A stretch of DNA of 38,900 bases from Actinomycetota bacterium (lineage in GTDB: Bacteria; Actinomycetota; Thermoleophilia; Gaiellales; Gaiellaceae). The DNA lies in contig JACDCN010000001.1 of NCBI GenBank assembly GCA_013817555.1, positions 1 through 38,900 on the forward strand, in the 5' to 3' direction. Below the pieces are notes generated by a model. The model was not told the origin of the DNA. It saw only the letters and a list, made by a program, of their open reading frames with translations, and did no database searches. This document shows, piece by piece, positions 21,203-29,064 of the stretch (position 1 is its first letter; each line of letters begins with the position of its first letter). A program made the translations under genes and the position numbers.

Positions 21203-23632
21203 CTAGCCGACACCGAGATTCTTTCCGCCATGCCTGCCACGTCTGGATGAACTCGAGCGGCCAGCTCGCTTCTGAAGATCGCGCAAGACCACGCTGCCCA
21301 TCTCACGTCCGTCGAGGTTAAAGTGGACATGGATCGGAGGAACCGCGTCAGTAGTTCTGGTTGAAGACGCAAGGGGCGATCCCACGGCAAACCCGAACGC
21401 GCTTGTATGCGATCCGCTTCTGATGCCAAGGTTCCGCCGTCGGAGTTCTTCAGCCTGCTCCTGCGTGAGATTCAAACCCTTGAGAAGCTGCTGCGTCGAG
21501 CGGATGCCGCCGCGGGTGAACTCACCACCGATGTCGGATTCCTTGGAGCCCTCATTCAGCGCAGCGGCGATGTCGTTGAACATCTGCAGAATCGACGACC
21601 GGACTTCCTTGCCCACAGCCCCGAACTGACCCGCGAGCACCCTGGCGATTCCTGCGAGCTCGGAGCGAGTCTTGCCGGTATCGAGTGCCGTTCCTTTGAG
21701 CTGATCACGTAGAGAACCGAGACGCCGCTGGAGTGCCTGCGTACTCGGGGTCCGCTGGTCGCCCTCACGCGTGAGACCGATCGCCTCGAACTGCCTACCC
21801 TGCCGCTGCTGTCGCTGGAGTTGCCGCTGCTGTTGCTGGAGTCGGTTTCGCTCCTGAGCCAGATCAAAAAGCTGACGCTCGAGCTCGACCGTTCTTCCTT
21901 CGACGTCGACCTGCGCTCTGAGTGCCCGCTCCTGAGCAGCGATCGCCCGGAGATCGTCTTGCAAACCCGCCGTAGCCTCCGCGCGGTCACGTCGCAAGCC
22001 AAGAGTCTCCATCAGCTTGTCGAACTCCTCACGCTGCTTCTCAGCAGCGGTCTTGGCCGTTCGCGTGACGACAGCAGCAACTTTCGCCACCTGCGTGATC
22101 TGTCTAGCCTCCCGCGACCTGGACTCGATGACCTTAGTGACAGACTTGACCTGTCTAGCCCCGGTCGTGTCGTCCTCTGCTTCTTTCTCGAGCGCACGCC
22201 GACGATTGGCTGCTGCCCCTTCCTCGCGCTGCCCCGGAAGTTCGACACCTACTGCGGCGACGACCTTCTTCCCGTTCAGCGCGTCGAGCTCGCCGGCGAA
22301 AGAGCGTAGGTTTTCTCGCGCCACATTGATCTGATCGGACACGCCCTTGAAGCTGTCTCCGATAAAGGGGAGATGTGAGGCGGCATCAGCAACGAGAGAC
22401 AGACCACCAAGGAAGTTGTCGAGCGCCTTCACGATGATCGACACGCTGCGAGTGAAGACCTCGGCGAGCACCCGCACGATGTCGCTCATCTTCTCGATGA
22501 CGGGGATCGTGATCCTGAAAGCAGCCGGGATCACCTTCTCGAAGAGAAAGACGATCGTGGGCCGCGCCACTGTCCATATGGCAGCGAGCGATTCACCGAG
22601 GTTGGAGAGAATGTTCCGAAGGTTGCCGCTGTTGGCGTCGAAGATCTCTATGACGCTTGCCCACATGTTCTGAATGACCTGTACGACCTCGCGCACGACC
22701 GGAAAGACGTGCTGGCGAAGCGGCTCGAGAATCGAGGAGCTGATCCGCTGCAACTCGGGAAGCCTGCTGGTGAACGCATCGACGAGAGAGCTAAGAGCCG
22801 GACCGACAGCAGCGCTGATCCGCTGAACGCCCTGCTCGATCTCGGGGATGAAGTTGGCGAACGATCCCAGGACTCGCGCCAGTGGTTCAGCCACAGCCCC
22901 GACGAGGTTCCCGAATGCATTGCGGAACGCCTCACGGAGCTTCGTTAGTTGCCCCGGCAAGGTATCGCCGAGTGCCTTGGCCGACCCTCCGACCTGCGAC
23001 TCGACCTCCCGCAGAATGAGTTTCTGCGCGTCGAGCATTCGGTTCGTCTCGACGAGCGCCTTGATCGAATCGCGCTGCTTCTCCGTGAAGGTCACGCCGG
23101 CGCGAGCCAGCGCGGTCATGCCCCGCACAGGATCATTCAGCGCCTTGCCGAGCTGCTTGGCGGTCGTGTCGATGGCACCGAATCCTGCAACCGAAAGATC
23201 GACCGCAGCCTTCGTCGCCCGGTCGAAGACCTGATTGCCCTGACCGAGCTCGTTCCGCACATTCTTGAAGGTGAGGAGCAAGTTCGAGCCAGAGGCGACA
23301 AGTTCGTCGTCGATGCCGGAAAGGTTCTGTATCGCTCCCGCAAGACGGGTCACGTCCGAGGCTGTGACATTCGCGATCCCGCCCGTTGACTTGATGGCCG
23401 CATTGGTCTGCGCGGCAACCTTCTGCTGCTCAGAGAACTCGGCTATCCCCGCACGAAGCGCACCCGATACAGCGTTGATGCCGGCGCGAACACCCTCGAA
23501 GATGAACGCCGATTTGATGACTGAGCCAGCACCGATCGAGAAGCGCTGTGTGGCATTCGTCGAGCTCCGAAACGCGCGTAGAAGATCGCGCTCGTCACCG
23601 ATGATCTTTACGGTGAGCGTTCTGTCAGCCAC
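21203..23632 (-). CDS. Tape measure protein (809 aa)
   Basis: It has a long alpha-helical composition, TMP-like N-terminal motifs (...NAAIKSTGGIANVTASDVTRLAGAIQNLSGIDDE...LLLTFKNV...), a Q/R-rich coiled coil, and the expected position after the chaperone genes. Confidence 0.9.
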   Translation of the reverse strand: MADRTLTVKIIGDERDLLRAFRSSTNATQRFSIGAGSVIKSAFIFEGVRAGINAVSGALRAGIAEFSEQQKVAAQTNAAIKSTGGIANVTASDVTRLAGAIQNLSGIDDELVASGSNLLLTFKNVRNELGQGNQVFDRATKAAVDLSVAGFGAIDTTAKQLGKALNDPVRGMTALARAGVTFTEKQRDSIKALVETNRMLDAQKLILREVESQVGGSAKALGDTLPGQLTKLREAFRNAFGNLVGAVAEPLARVLGSFANFIPEIEQGVQRISAAVGPALSSLVDAFTSRLPELQRISSSILEPLRQHVFPVVREVVQVIQNMWASVIEIFDANSGNLRNILSNLGESLAAIWTVARPTIVFLFEKVIPAAFRITIPVIEKMSDIVRVLAEVFTRSVSIIVKALDNFLGGLSLVADAASHLPFIGDSFKGVSDQINVARENLRSFAGELDALNGKKVVAAVGVELPGQREEGAAANRRRALEKEAEDDTTGARQVKSVTKVIESRSREARQITQVAKVAAVVTRTAKTAAEKQREEFDKLMETLGLRRDRAEATAGLQDDLRAIAAQERALRAQVDVEGRTVELERQLFDLAQERNRLQQQQRQLQRQQRQGRQFEAIGLTREGDQRTPSTQALQRRLGSLRDQLKGTALDTGKTRSELAGIARVLAGQFGAVGKEVRSSILQMFNDIAAALNEGSKESDIGGEFTRGGIRSTQQLLKGLNLTQEQAEELRRRNLGIRSGSHTSAFGFAVGSPLASSTRTTDAVPPIHVHFNLDGREMGSVVLRDLQKRAGRSSSSRRGRHGGKNLGVG

Positions 23633-24028
23633 TCAGACACGCTCCCAATGACGGCCCATGTCCTGGAGAAGATCCTCCACCGCAGCAAGCACGCGGGGAT
23701 GGTTCGCCTCGAGCGCCGGCTCCATCGGACGCTCCAAGAGAAGACCAGCGAGGTTTGGTCGACGCCTACCACCTCGTCTTGACCCTCGTTCTCGCGGTGC
23801 GACGTACACACTCGAACGCGTCACCCCGATACGCATCCGCGACCAGGGAAGCCCGATCCTCGGAATGGCGGAACTCGCCCTACTCTCTGCATCGCTCCTG
23901 ACTGGCTCGGCAGCTTCCCGCAGCGTCTTCCTGAGGTCGCGGCTTAGCTGCTTGTCGACGCCCGCGAAAGCTCGCTGGAGCTCGCGCAGTCCTTCGACGC
24001 GCACAATGCGTTCTGAGGCTGCTGGCAT
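23633..24028 (-). CDS. HK97 gp10-like tail-completion family protein
   Basis: IVRVEGLRELQRAFAGVDKQLSRDLRKTLREAAEPV... and ...LLLERPMEPALEANHPRVL match the gp10-family pattern. Its ATG directly follows the stop of the chaperone -1 frame. Confidence 0.65.
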   Translation of the reverse strand: MPAASERIVRVEGLRELQRAFAGVDKQLSRDLRKTLREAAEPVRSDAESRASSAIPRIGLPWSRMRIGVTRSSVYVAPRERGSRRGGRRRPNLAGLLLERPMEPALEANHPRVLAAVEDLLQDMGRHWERV

Positions 24029-24627
24029 CTAGTCGTCGTCCCGTTCGTAGAGAGCGCTAAACAACTGCGCCGCTCCTATGAGATCGCTTGGGTGCAATGG
24101 CCCTACGTCGAAAGGACCGATAGAGGGGAGGACGTGTCCGATCTGGTAATCCCAGTAGGAACGTGGGTCTCGTCCGGTGGGTCCGAATCGCTCGGTGAAA
24201 GACCCCCAGAAGCCGATCCATTCGAGGGCGTCTCGGAAGCGGACGGCTTCACGAGCTCGATCGGTGAGGGGGTCACTTCCGGGGGGACCTCATCACCCCC
24301 ATACAGGGCGAGAGTCGCCGCCAGGATGTTCACCTGGCCGACGATCTCACGAACCTTCGACTGGCTCTCTCCAGGATTCCCTCGAGCGTAGGCGACGTGC
24401 AGAAGTGCTTTCTTGAACCCCGGCGACTTTGCGAGTTTGAGGATCTGCCGTTCGTGCTCGTCCTGCTCGTCCTTGCTCGACCTCGGGTCTGCCGGGGCGA
24501 AGTCCTCCACCACGGAACCTGAGTAGTCATAGAGCACCTGGCCCTCGTCCATGTTGAACGTGTCGAGAGTCGGGATCAGGTACGTCTTGCCGTCGATGAC
24601 GAACCCGGACTCTTTCTCTTCTGTCAC
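24029..24627 (-). CDS. Tail assembly chaperone GT-like product via a -1 programmed frameshift
   Basis: The -1 frame is open from 24289 to the TAG at 24031-24029. It encodes the protein-like GSDPLTDRAREAVRFRDALEWIGFWGSFTERFGPTGRDPRSYWDYQIGHVLPSIGPFDVGPLHPSDLIGAAQLFSALYERDDD, which ends exactly at the next ATG. Confidence 0.6.
24103..24627 (-). CDS. Tail assembly chaperone (G-like, zero-frame product)
   Basis: It lies between the major tail and tape measure genes. AAAGGAG RBS followed by GTG 24627. After codon 116 the frame becomes low-complexity S/P/T-rich. Confidence 0.65.
   Translation of the reverse strand: MTEEKESGFVIDGKTYLIPTLDTFNMDEGQVLYDYSGSVVEDFAPADPRSSKDEQDEHERQILKLAKSPGFKKALLHVAYARGNPGESQSKVREIVGQVNILAATLALYGGDEVPPEVTPSPIELVKPSASETPSNGSASGGLSPSDSDPPDETHVPTGITRSDTSSPLSVLST
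24280..24286 (-). promoter_or_regulatory. -1 slippery heptamer C CCC CCG
   Basis: It has the X XXY YYZ form in the zero frame (gtC CCC CCG), 2 nt after the last -1-frame stop (24292-24290). Confidence 0.6.
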
Positions 24628-24684
24628 GGAGCTCCTTTCGGTAGAGGAGCGAGATTGGCCCCACCAGGGCGAGGCCGCTCTCGC

Positions 24685-25101
24685 TTAGGTGCCGCCGCCG
24701 CTCGTGATGCCAGCTTCGTCGGCAGGCTTCGCCGCAAACGGCATGGTCGAGACCGAGCCGCGGGTGTTCGCAGGACCGAACTGGTTGATCGTGCAGTTGC
24801 CCGAGTAGGTTTCGGCTGCCGCGTTGAGCAGTCCATTCGGCTGCCACGAGATCGGCACGATGGCGCGCGTGGCGTGGATCGGATAAATGAGAGCCGCCAG
24901 TTCCGCGGTGTAGAACGCCTCGCCCGAGAATCCCTGGGTCGTACGCCCCGGCAGCGTCTCGTCGTTACCCGAGACCGAGAACCCCGAGACGTCTTCCTCC
25001 GAATGCTCGGACGAGAATCCGAACTGGCGGAAGAAGTTGGAAACGTCGGTTCCGTCGATGATGATCTTGTCGTGACGGGCGACGAGCTTGGTAAAAGCCA
25101 T
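24685..25101 (-). CDS. Major tail (tube) protein candidate (138 aa)
   Basis: It lies directly upstream of the G/GT chaperone. GGGAG RBS. A stem-loop follows the stop. The C-terminal tail is ...AAKPADEAGITSGGGT. Confidence 0.6.
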   Translation of the reverse strand: MAFTKLVARHDKIIIDGTDVSNFFRQFGFSSEHSEEDVSGFSVSGNDETLPGRTTQGFSGEAFYTAELAALIYPIHATRAIVPISWQPNGLLNAAAETYSGNCTINQFGPANTRGSVSTMPFAAKPADEAGITSGGGT

Positions 25102-25117
25102 TGCCTATTGCTCCCTT

Positions 25118-25360
25118 CTAACGACTGAGGAGCCTTTCGGCTCCTCGTTGGTCTGGTGTATGTGGGCTGGCTAACCAGCCCTGGGGAAACTCGAAGCTCC
25201 CTGGTAAGAGCGCGGGCTCGACCCGCTCGAGGAGCACGATGTCTCCACGTCTGACCGCACGATGCTCGGCGTTCGGAGCGATCTCCGCGATGAACTCGGT
25301 GCCCGGTTCATGGCCCCGGTAGCGTCTGACTCCGATGACGCGGTAGTGCCCGTGCGTCAT
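25118..25360 (-). CDS. Hypothetical protein (80 aa)
   Basis: ATG 25360 forms an ATGA overlap with the glycosyltransferase stop. Confidence 0.5.
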   Translation of the reverse strand: MTHGHYRVIGVRRYRGHEPGTEFIAEIAPNAEHRAVRRGDIVLLERVEPALLPGSFEFPQGWLASPHTPDQRGAERLLSR

Positions 25361-26121
25361 GCCGCCACCAGTTCGCGGGCGTAGTGGGAGGACATCTCGT
25401 CGAGCGCATCGGCGGGGAAGACTTCGGCTAGCGTCTCGAACGGGTCACCGAAACTCTCTCCGCGATGCCGCGCCTCGATCGTGCCGTAGGGATTGAGCTG
25501 GATGCCGGGGCTCTTCCAGTCGACGATCTGGCGGGGGTCGATGTCCCGATGCTCTACGCGGAGCCGAGGGTGAGCCTTTCGCAGATTCAGCAGCATCGAG
25601 GTATCACACGCTCGCTGGCGATCCTCGTCCGCAGGGCGGAAGTTGCGGTGGGCCATGACCTGACGCGGATACACCCGGATTCCGCAGCCGCCTTCGTAGT
25701 CGAGGAAGCGGGTTGTCATCTCCCTGCCGTCCTCCCGCACGAACGAGATGCGCTGGAAGCCGAGCACGGTGTTAGCTCCGGGAAGGTCGAGGAAGATCTG
25801 GTGATCAACCCAGTCATCCGAGCCACAGGGGGCAACGTAGTCAGCCGGTCGCGGGTTGTAGCGAGGGTCGCACGCGAGCTGGATCCCATCGTTGAAGCGC
25901 CGCGACACGAAGTGGTTATCCCGCTCGATCGTCCCGAACCCGAAGACGTCATCTGTTCGTTCTCGCAGCTCCTCGAGGTTGTCGCGGTCGGCAATGACCA
26001 CAGCCGTCGCTTCGATACCTTCTTCGCTCAGCGCGTCGCACGTTCGTCGCAACTGGCGCAGACAGATCGCCGCAAGCGGGAGCCGCCCGTGTACGGGCAC
26101 ACAGAACCAGAGAGATGGCAT
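25357..26121 (-). CDS. GT-A fold / family-2-like glycosyltransferase
   Basis: ORF 25357..26160 trimmed to ATG 26121 (ATGA overlap). The N-terminus is WFCVPVHGRLPLAAICLRQL, and CGSDDW is DxD-like. Confidence 0.7.
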   Translation of the reverse strand: MPSLWFCVPVHGRLPLAAICLRQLRRTCDALSEEGIEATAVVIADRDNLEELRERTDDVFGFGTIERDNHFVSRRFNDGIQLACDPRYNPRPADYVAPCGSDDWVDHQIFLDLPGANTVLGFQRISFVREDGREMTTRFLDYEGGCGIRVYPRQVMAHRNFRPADEDRQRACDTSMLLNLRKAHPRLRVEHRDIDPRQIVDWKSPGIQLNPYGTIEARHRGESFGDPFETLAEVFPADALDEMSSHYARELVAA

Positions 26122-26867
26122 CAGGCAGCAACCGCCACGGGGAACGCCTGCTTCCACCAATCGCTGTGGATCAGAACATGAAGCTGGCCCGCTTCGCCCA
26201 GCCGTTCGGCCACCACATCGAACGGCTGCGACCAGCGCCCGCTCGAATCCGAGAGGTATTCGCCACGCGAGAGCCAGTTCGGGTCGTACTCGAGACCATA
26301 GGCGCGACGGGAGATCGGCTTCAGCGGGCAGATGACCCCTTCGTGCTCGAGTAGTCGATCAAGCTTCCCGTAAGCCGGTCGGGGCGACTCCGTAAACAGT
26401 TCGTCGTTGACGAAGTGGGAGGAGTGGCAGAGGTTGTCTCCGTGAGCCACCGCACCGACCACACGCACACCCGCCGAGCGTAGTTCGGAGAGCGCTTCGG
26501 TCAGGATCTCGTGAGGATCACGACGCTGCCGCAACGCCTCAGCGATTGCGTTGACATGGATTCCGACCTCGTGTCCTAGCTCCTCGAAGCGGGGGGCGTA
26601 GGCAAGCATTTCCTCGCCCCAGTAGTGCGAGTCGTGGAGCAGGAAGTAGGTCGAGGCGTAGCCGTGCTCGAACTCCCACTCGGCGAAGGCAAGCGCGGTC
26701 TCGAAGGAGCCGAGGTTGTCGTCGATGTCGTGCCGAAGCCCGATCACATTGGTCCCCGTGTCGCCCTTGAAGACGTCACGCATCGGCACCACGCGGTCGG
26801 CCCGAGACAAAAGCGCCGAGTCGAGCTCGACGAGGTCAGCAGCAAGAAATGGCTCCTTGGCTCTCAC
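26121..26867 (-). CDS. Polysaccharide deacetylase (CE4/NodB-like)
   Basis: RHDIDD (TFDD-like motif 1), ELGHEVGIHV (H-x-x-x-H motif 2) and VLIHSDWW (LxH motif 5). GTG 26867 forms a GTGA overlap. Confidence 0.7.
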   Translation of the reverse strand: MRAKEPFLAADLVELDSALLSRADRVVPMRDVFKGDTGTNVIGLRHDIDDNLGSFETALAFAEWEFEHGYASTYFLLHDSHYWGEEMLAYAPRFEELGHEVGIHVNAIAEALRQRRDPHEILTEALSELRSAGVRVVGAVAHGDNLCHSSHFVNDELFTESPRPAYGKLDRLLEHEGVICPLKPISRRAYGLEYDPNWLSRGEYLSDSSGRWSQPFDVVAERLGEAGQLHVLIHSDWWKQAFPVAVAA

Positions 26868-27352
26868 TTCTTCAGCACCAACCAGAAGACGCCAGCCGTG
26901 CGAGCGTAGAGCGAGTCCGTCCAGCCGGCGGGGACGGTGTAAGTCCCTAGCTGCTGGTTCGTGACTGTGACCGTAACGGCCTTCTCAGCGAGCGCACACC
27001 AAAGACCGAGACTCTTGAGCGACCGCTGCTCGGTTTCGCCGGTAAATGTGTCGACAGAGACGACGTCCCATTTCACGTCATCGAGCCAGCGCTCAGCGAA
27101 CTCCCAGGCGTCGTCCTCGAAGAATCCCCACTCCTCGGGGTAGAGCTCCTGCATCTCGCTCAGGCGTTCGCCGTCCGAGTCGACGCAGGTTGTCAGCAAG
27201 CCCGCCTCGGCGAAGTGGACGGCATCGTTATGTCCGAGGAACGCTGCCGAGAACAGACACAAGCCCGTCTCGCAACCATCGAGCAGGTATGTCGGATACG
27301 GACGAGCTTGCATCGCGACATGCTCGAGCGTGGGATAGGTCACAGTTCCCAT
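26864..27352 (-). CDS. Rossmann-type methyltransferase-like protein (tentative)
   Basis: YLLDGCETG (motif-I-like), TCVDSD (motif II), DAWEFA and WDVVSVDTF (motif IV-like). The call is weak without a profile search. Confidence 0.4.
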   Translation of the reverse strand: MGTVTYPTLEHVAMQARPYPTYLLDGCETGLCLFSAAFLGHNDAVHFAEAGLLTTCVDSDGERLSEMQELYPEEWGFFEDDAWEFAERWLDDVKWDVVSVDTFTGETEQRSLKSLGLWCALAEKAVTVTVTNQQLGTYTVPAGWTDSLYARTAGVFWLVLKK

Positions 27353-27981
27353 GCGACCTCCATCGGCTCAAAGCCAAGCTTCGTCTTGAAGTAACGCAAG
27401 CCATCCGTACCGGAGTCAGCGCGGTTGTAAACGAAGTACCCACCGAGCGAAGCCTGCTTCTCAACCGCTCCCTGAAAGAGCAGGTACATGACGTCCTTTG
27501 CGAGATGGTCGCCATGACCGAGGATGCTCGATACCAACGCCAGGTCGCCGACGCGGTAGAGCCAGAGATACGCGGCCAGCGTCCCTCGCACGTCGAGCAC
27601 GCCGTAGGTACGGATCGCATGCCGCGGGCACTCGTACTCGGGAAGCGTGAGGTAGTGATTCCGTTCCCGGTAGCCCCCGCTCATCGGACGGCCTTGACGC
27701 TCTCCGAGCGATGTGTTGATCGCGTAGATGTGCTCGTCGAAGTCCTCTCGTGCGATCTCGGCGAAGTGGTAGCCGAAACGCTCAGCGCGGTCGGCACGCT
27801 TGCGGGCTGTACGGTGCTCTTCCCGCCAGGAATCAACGCTAGAGGGCACAGGAAGCACGGAGCACGTCTCGTAGCCCTTGGACAACTGCTTGTGTAGGGG
27901 GAACGCGAACGGGGCGCAGGACGCGAAGTCGCAGGCGGTCTCTAGGGAGATCGCCACGCCGGTCATCGTCTCGGTCGTCAT
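27340..27981 (-). CDS. FemAB/CelD-type GNAT-fold acyl- or aminoacyl-transferase-like protein
   Basis: The pattern ...RKRADRAERFGYHFAEI...AYLWLYRVGDLALVSSILGH...DVMYLLF...GLRYFKTKLGFEP resembles Acetyltransf_6/FemAB-like proteins. ATG 27981 forms an ATGA overlap. Confidence 0.55.
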   Translation of the reverse strand: MTTETMTGVAISLETACDFASCAPFAFPLHKQLSKGYETCSVLPVPSSVDSWREEHRTARKRADRAERFGYHFAEIAREDFDEHIYAINTSLGERQGRPMSGGYRERNHYLTLPEYECPRHAIRTYGVLDVRGTLAAYLWLYRVGDLALVSSILGHGDHLAKDVMYLLFQGAVEKQASLGGYFVYNRADSGTDGLRYFKTKLGFEPMEVAWEL

Positions 27982-28433
27982 GAGCGGGCCGGGATCACCA
28001 GGAATCGCCAGACGACGCCAATGTGAACATTGGCTCCATCAATGGTGGGCACGAGCACGAACCCGGATTCGCTGACGAGCTCGACATCAGAAGCGTGCCC
28101 GCCAATCGTCGGATCGTCGTAGAGAGCTTGAACGAGACAGAGATCATCCTCGTCGTCTTTGAGAGCGAGAAGAACGTCTTGGTTCGCCTCATGGTCGGTC
28201 GGCGAGACGCGAGCCCGGACGTTGAGGAAGTAGCCACCCATGACCTCGGCTGCGACCTCTCCGAATGATGCGGTGTCATCGTCTCGCGACGGGTCCGCGG
28301 GGAAGATGTCGATTGAGGGAGTGGTGGGGTTGAGCACCATGCGCGGCTCCACCTGAAAGTCCCAACTGGAACCCGCAACGGCCTGGCTGATCTGATCCGC
28401 CATCTCGTCCATGATCGTTCTGAGAGCACTCAA
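27978..28433 (-). CDS. Hypothetical virion protein in the neck position (151 aa)
   Basis: It follows the gp6-like adaptor. The start is uncertain (TTG 28433 or ATG 28412). Confidence 0.45.
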   Translation of the reverse strand: MSALRTIMDEMADQISQAVAGSSWDFQVEPRMVLNPTTPSIDIFPADPSRDDDTASFGEVAAEVMGGYFLNVRARVSPTDHEANQDVLLALKDDEDDLCLVQALYDDPTIGGHASDVELVSESGFVLVPTIDGANVHIGVVWRFLVIPARS

Positions 28434-28452
28434 GCCAGCACCCCACTGAGTC

Positions 28453-29064
28453 TCAAGCTAGCCCCCAGCGCTCTTTTAACGGCGCAAGCATGAAGGCGTA
28501 CTTGTCCCAGGAGTTACGGGCGAGATGGGTGGACCCAAACTCAGAGCCGATGCCCGCAAGACCGAGAGGCACTTCCTGGAGGAACCACCACTCAGCCGCC
28601 CGCTGGAGGTTCACCTGCACGACCAGAGCGGGCGGTGAGGCATAAGGCTCCACGAGATCAAGCTCCATGTCGATCTCGAACGCCGCCGCCTCGATGACTC
28701 GCCTGAGCGACTGCCACCTCTGGCTCGCGTTCACCTTCAGGATCCGGGCCAGTTCCTCCACGGTCGCATAGGCCGCTCGACCGGCGACGTTCTGCACTGG
28801 AAGAGTCGGCTGCTCCTCGTCGCCGCTCAGGTCCCGGAAGACGAGTCGATACCAGAGCTCGAGCGTGTCGGAAGCGTTCTCCGTCGTGAGCGAACGCGAA
28901 GCCGGAAACTCGGGATCGGCATCGACGGGAGAGATCGTGATCGTGTCGATGACGTTCCACGGTCCAGCTTCGAGCGCTGCCTCCTCGACGTCGATCTCCG
29001 TCCAGGGGTTGCCGTCGTAACGCGGGGCTGGGGTATATCCGAGGAAGGTGATGACCTGGCTCAC
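28453..29064 (-). CDS. Head-tail connector/adaptor (gp6-like) with an extra N-terminal domain
   Basis: The C-terminal half YATVEELARILKVNASQRWQSLRRVIEAAAFEIDMELD... matches the gp6-like adaptor pattern. The N-terminal 95 aa or so form a beta-rich extra domain. GTG 29064 forms a GTGA overlap. Confidence 0.65.
   Translation of the reverse strand: MSQVITFLGYTPAPRYDGNPWTEIDVEEAALEAGPWNVIDTITISPVDADPEFPASRSLTTENASDTLELWYRLVFRDLSGDEEQPTLPVQNVAGRAAYATVEELARILKVNASQRWQSLRRVIEAAAFEIDMELDLVEPYASPPALVVQVNLQRAAEWWFLQEVPLGLAGIGSEFGSTHLARNSWDKYAFMLAPLKERWGLA

Noticed and set aside
21407-23651. Numerous 60-160-aa ORFs on both strands within the tape measure gene
   Set aside because: They all overlap the 809-aa tape measure frame. 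Their composition is typical of out-of-frame translation of GC-rich DNA.
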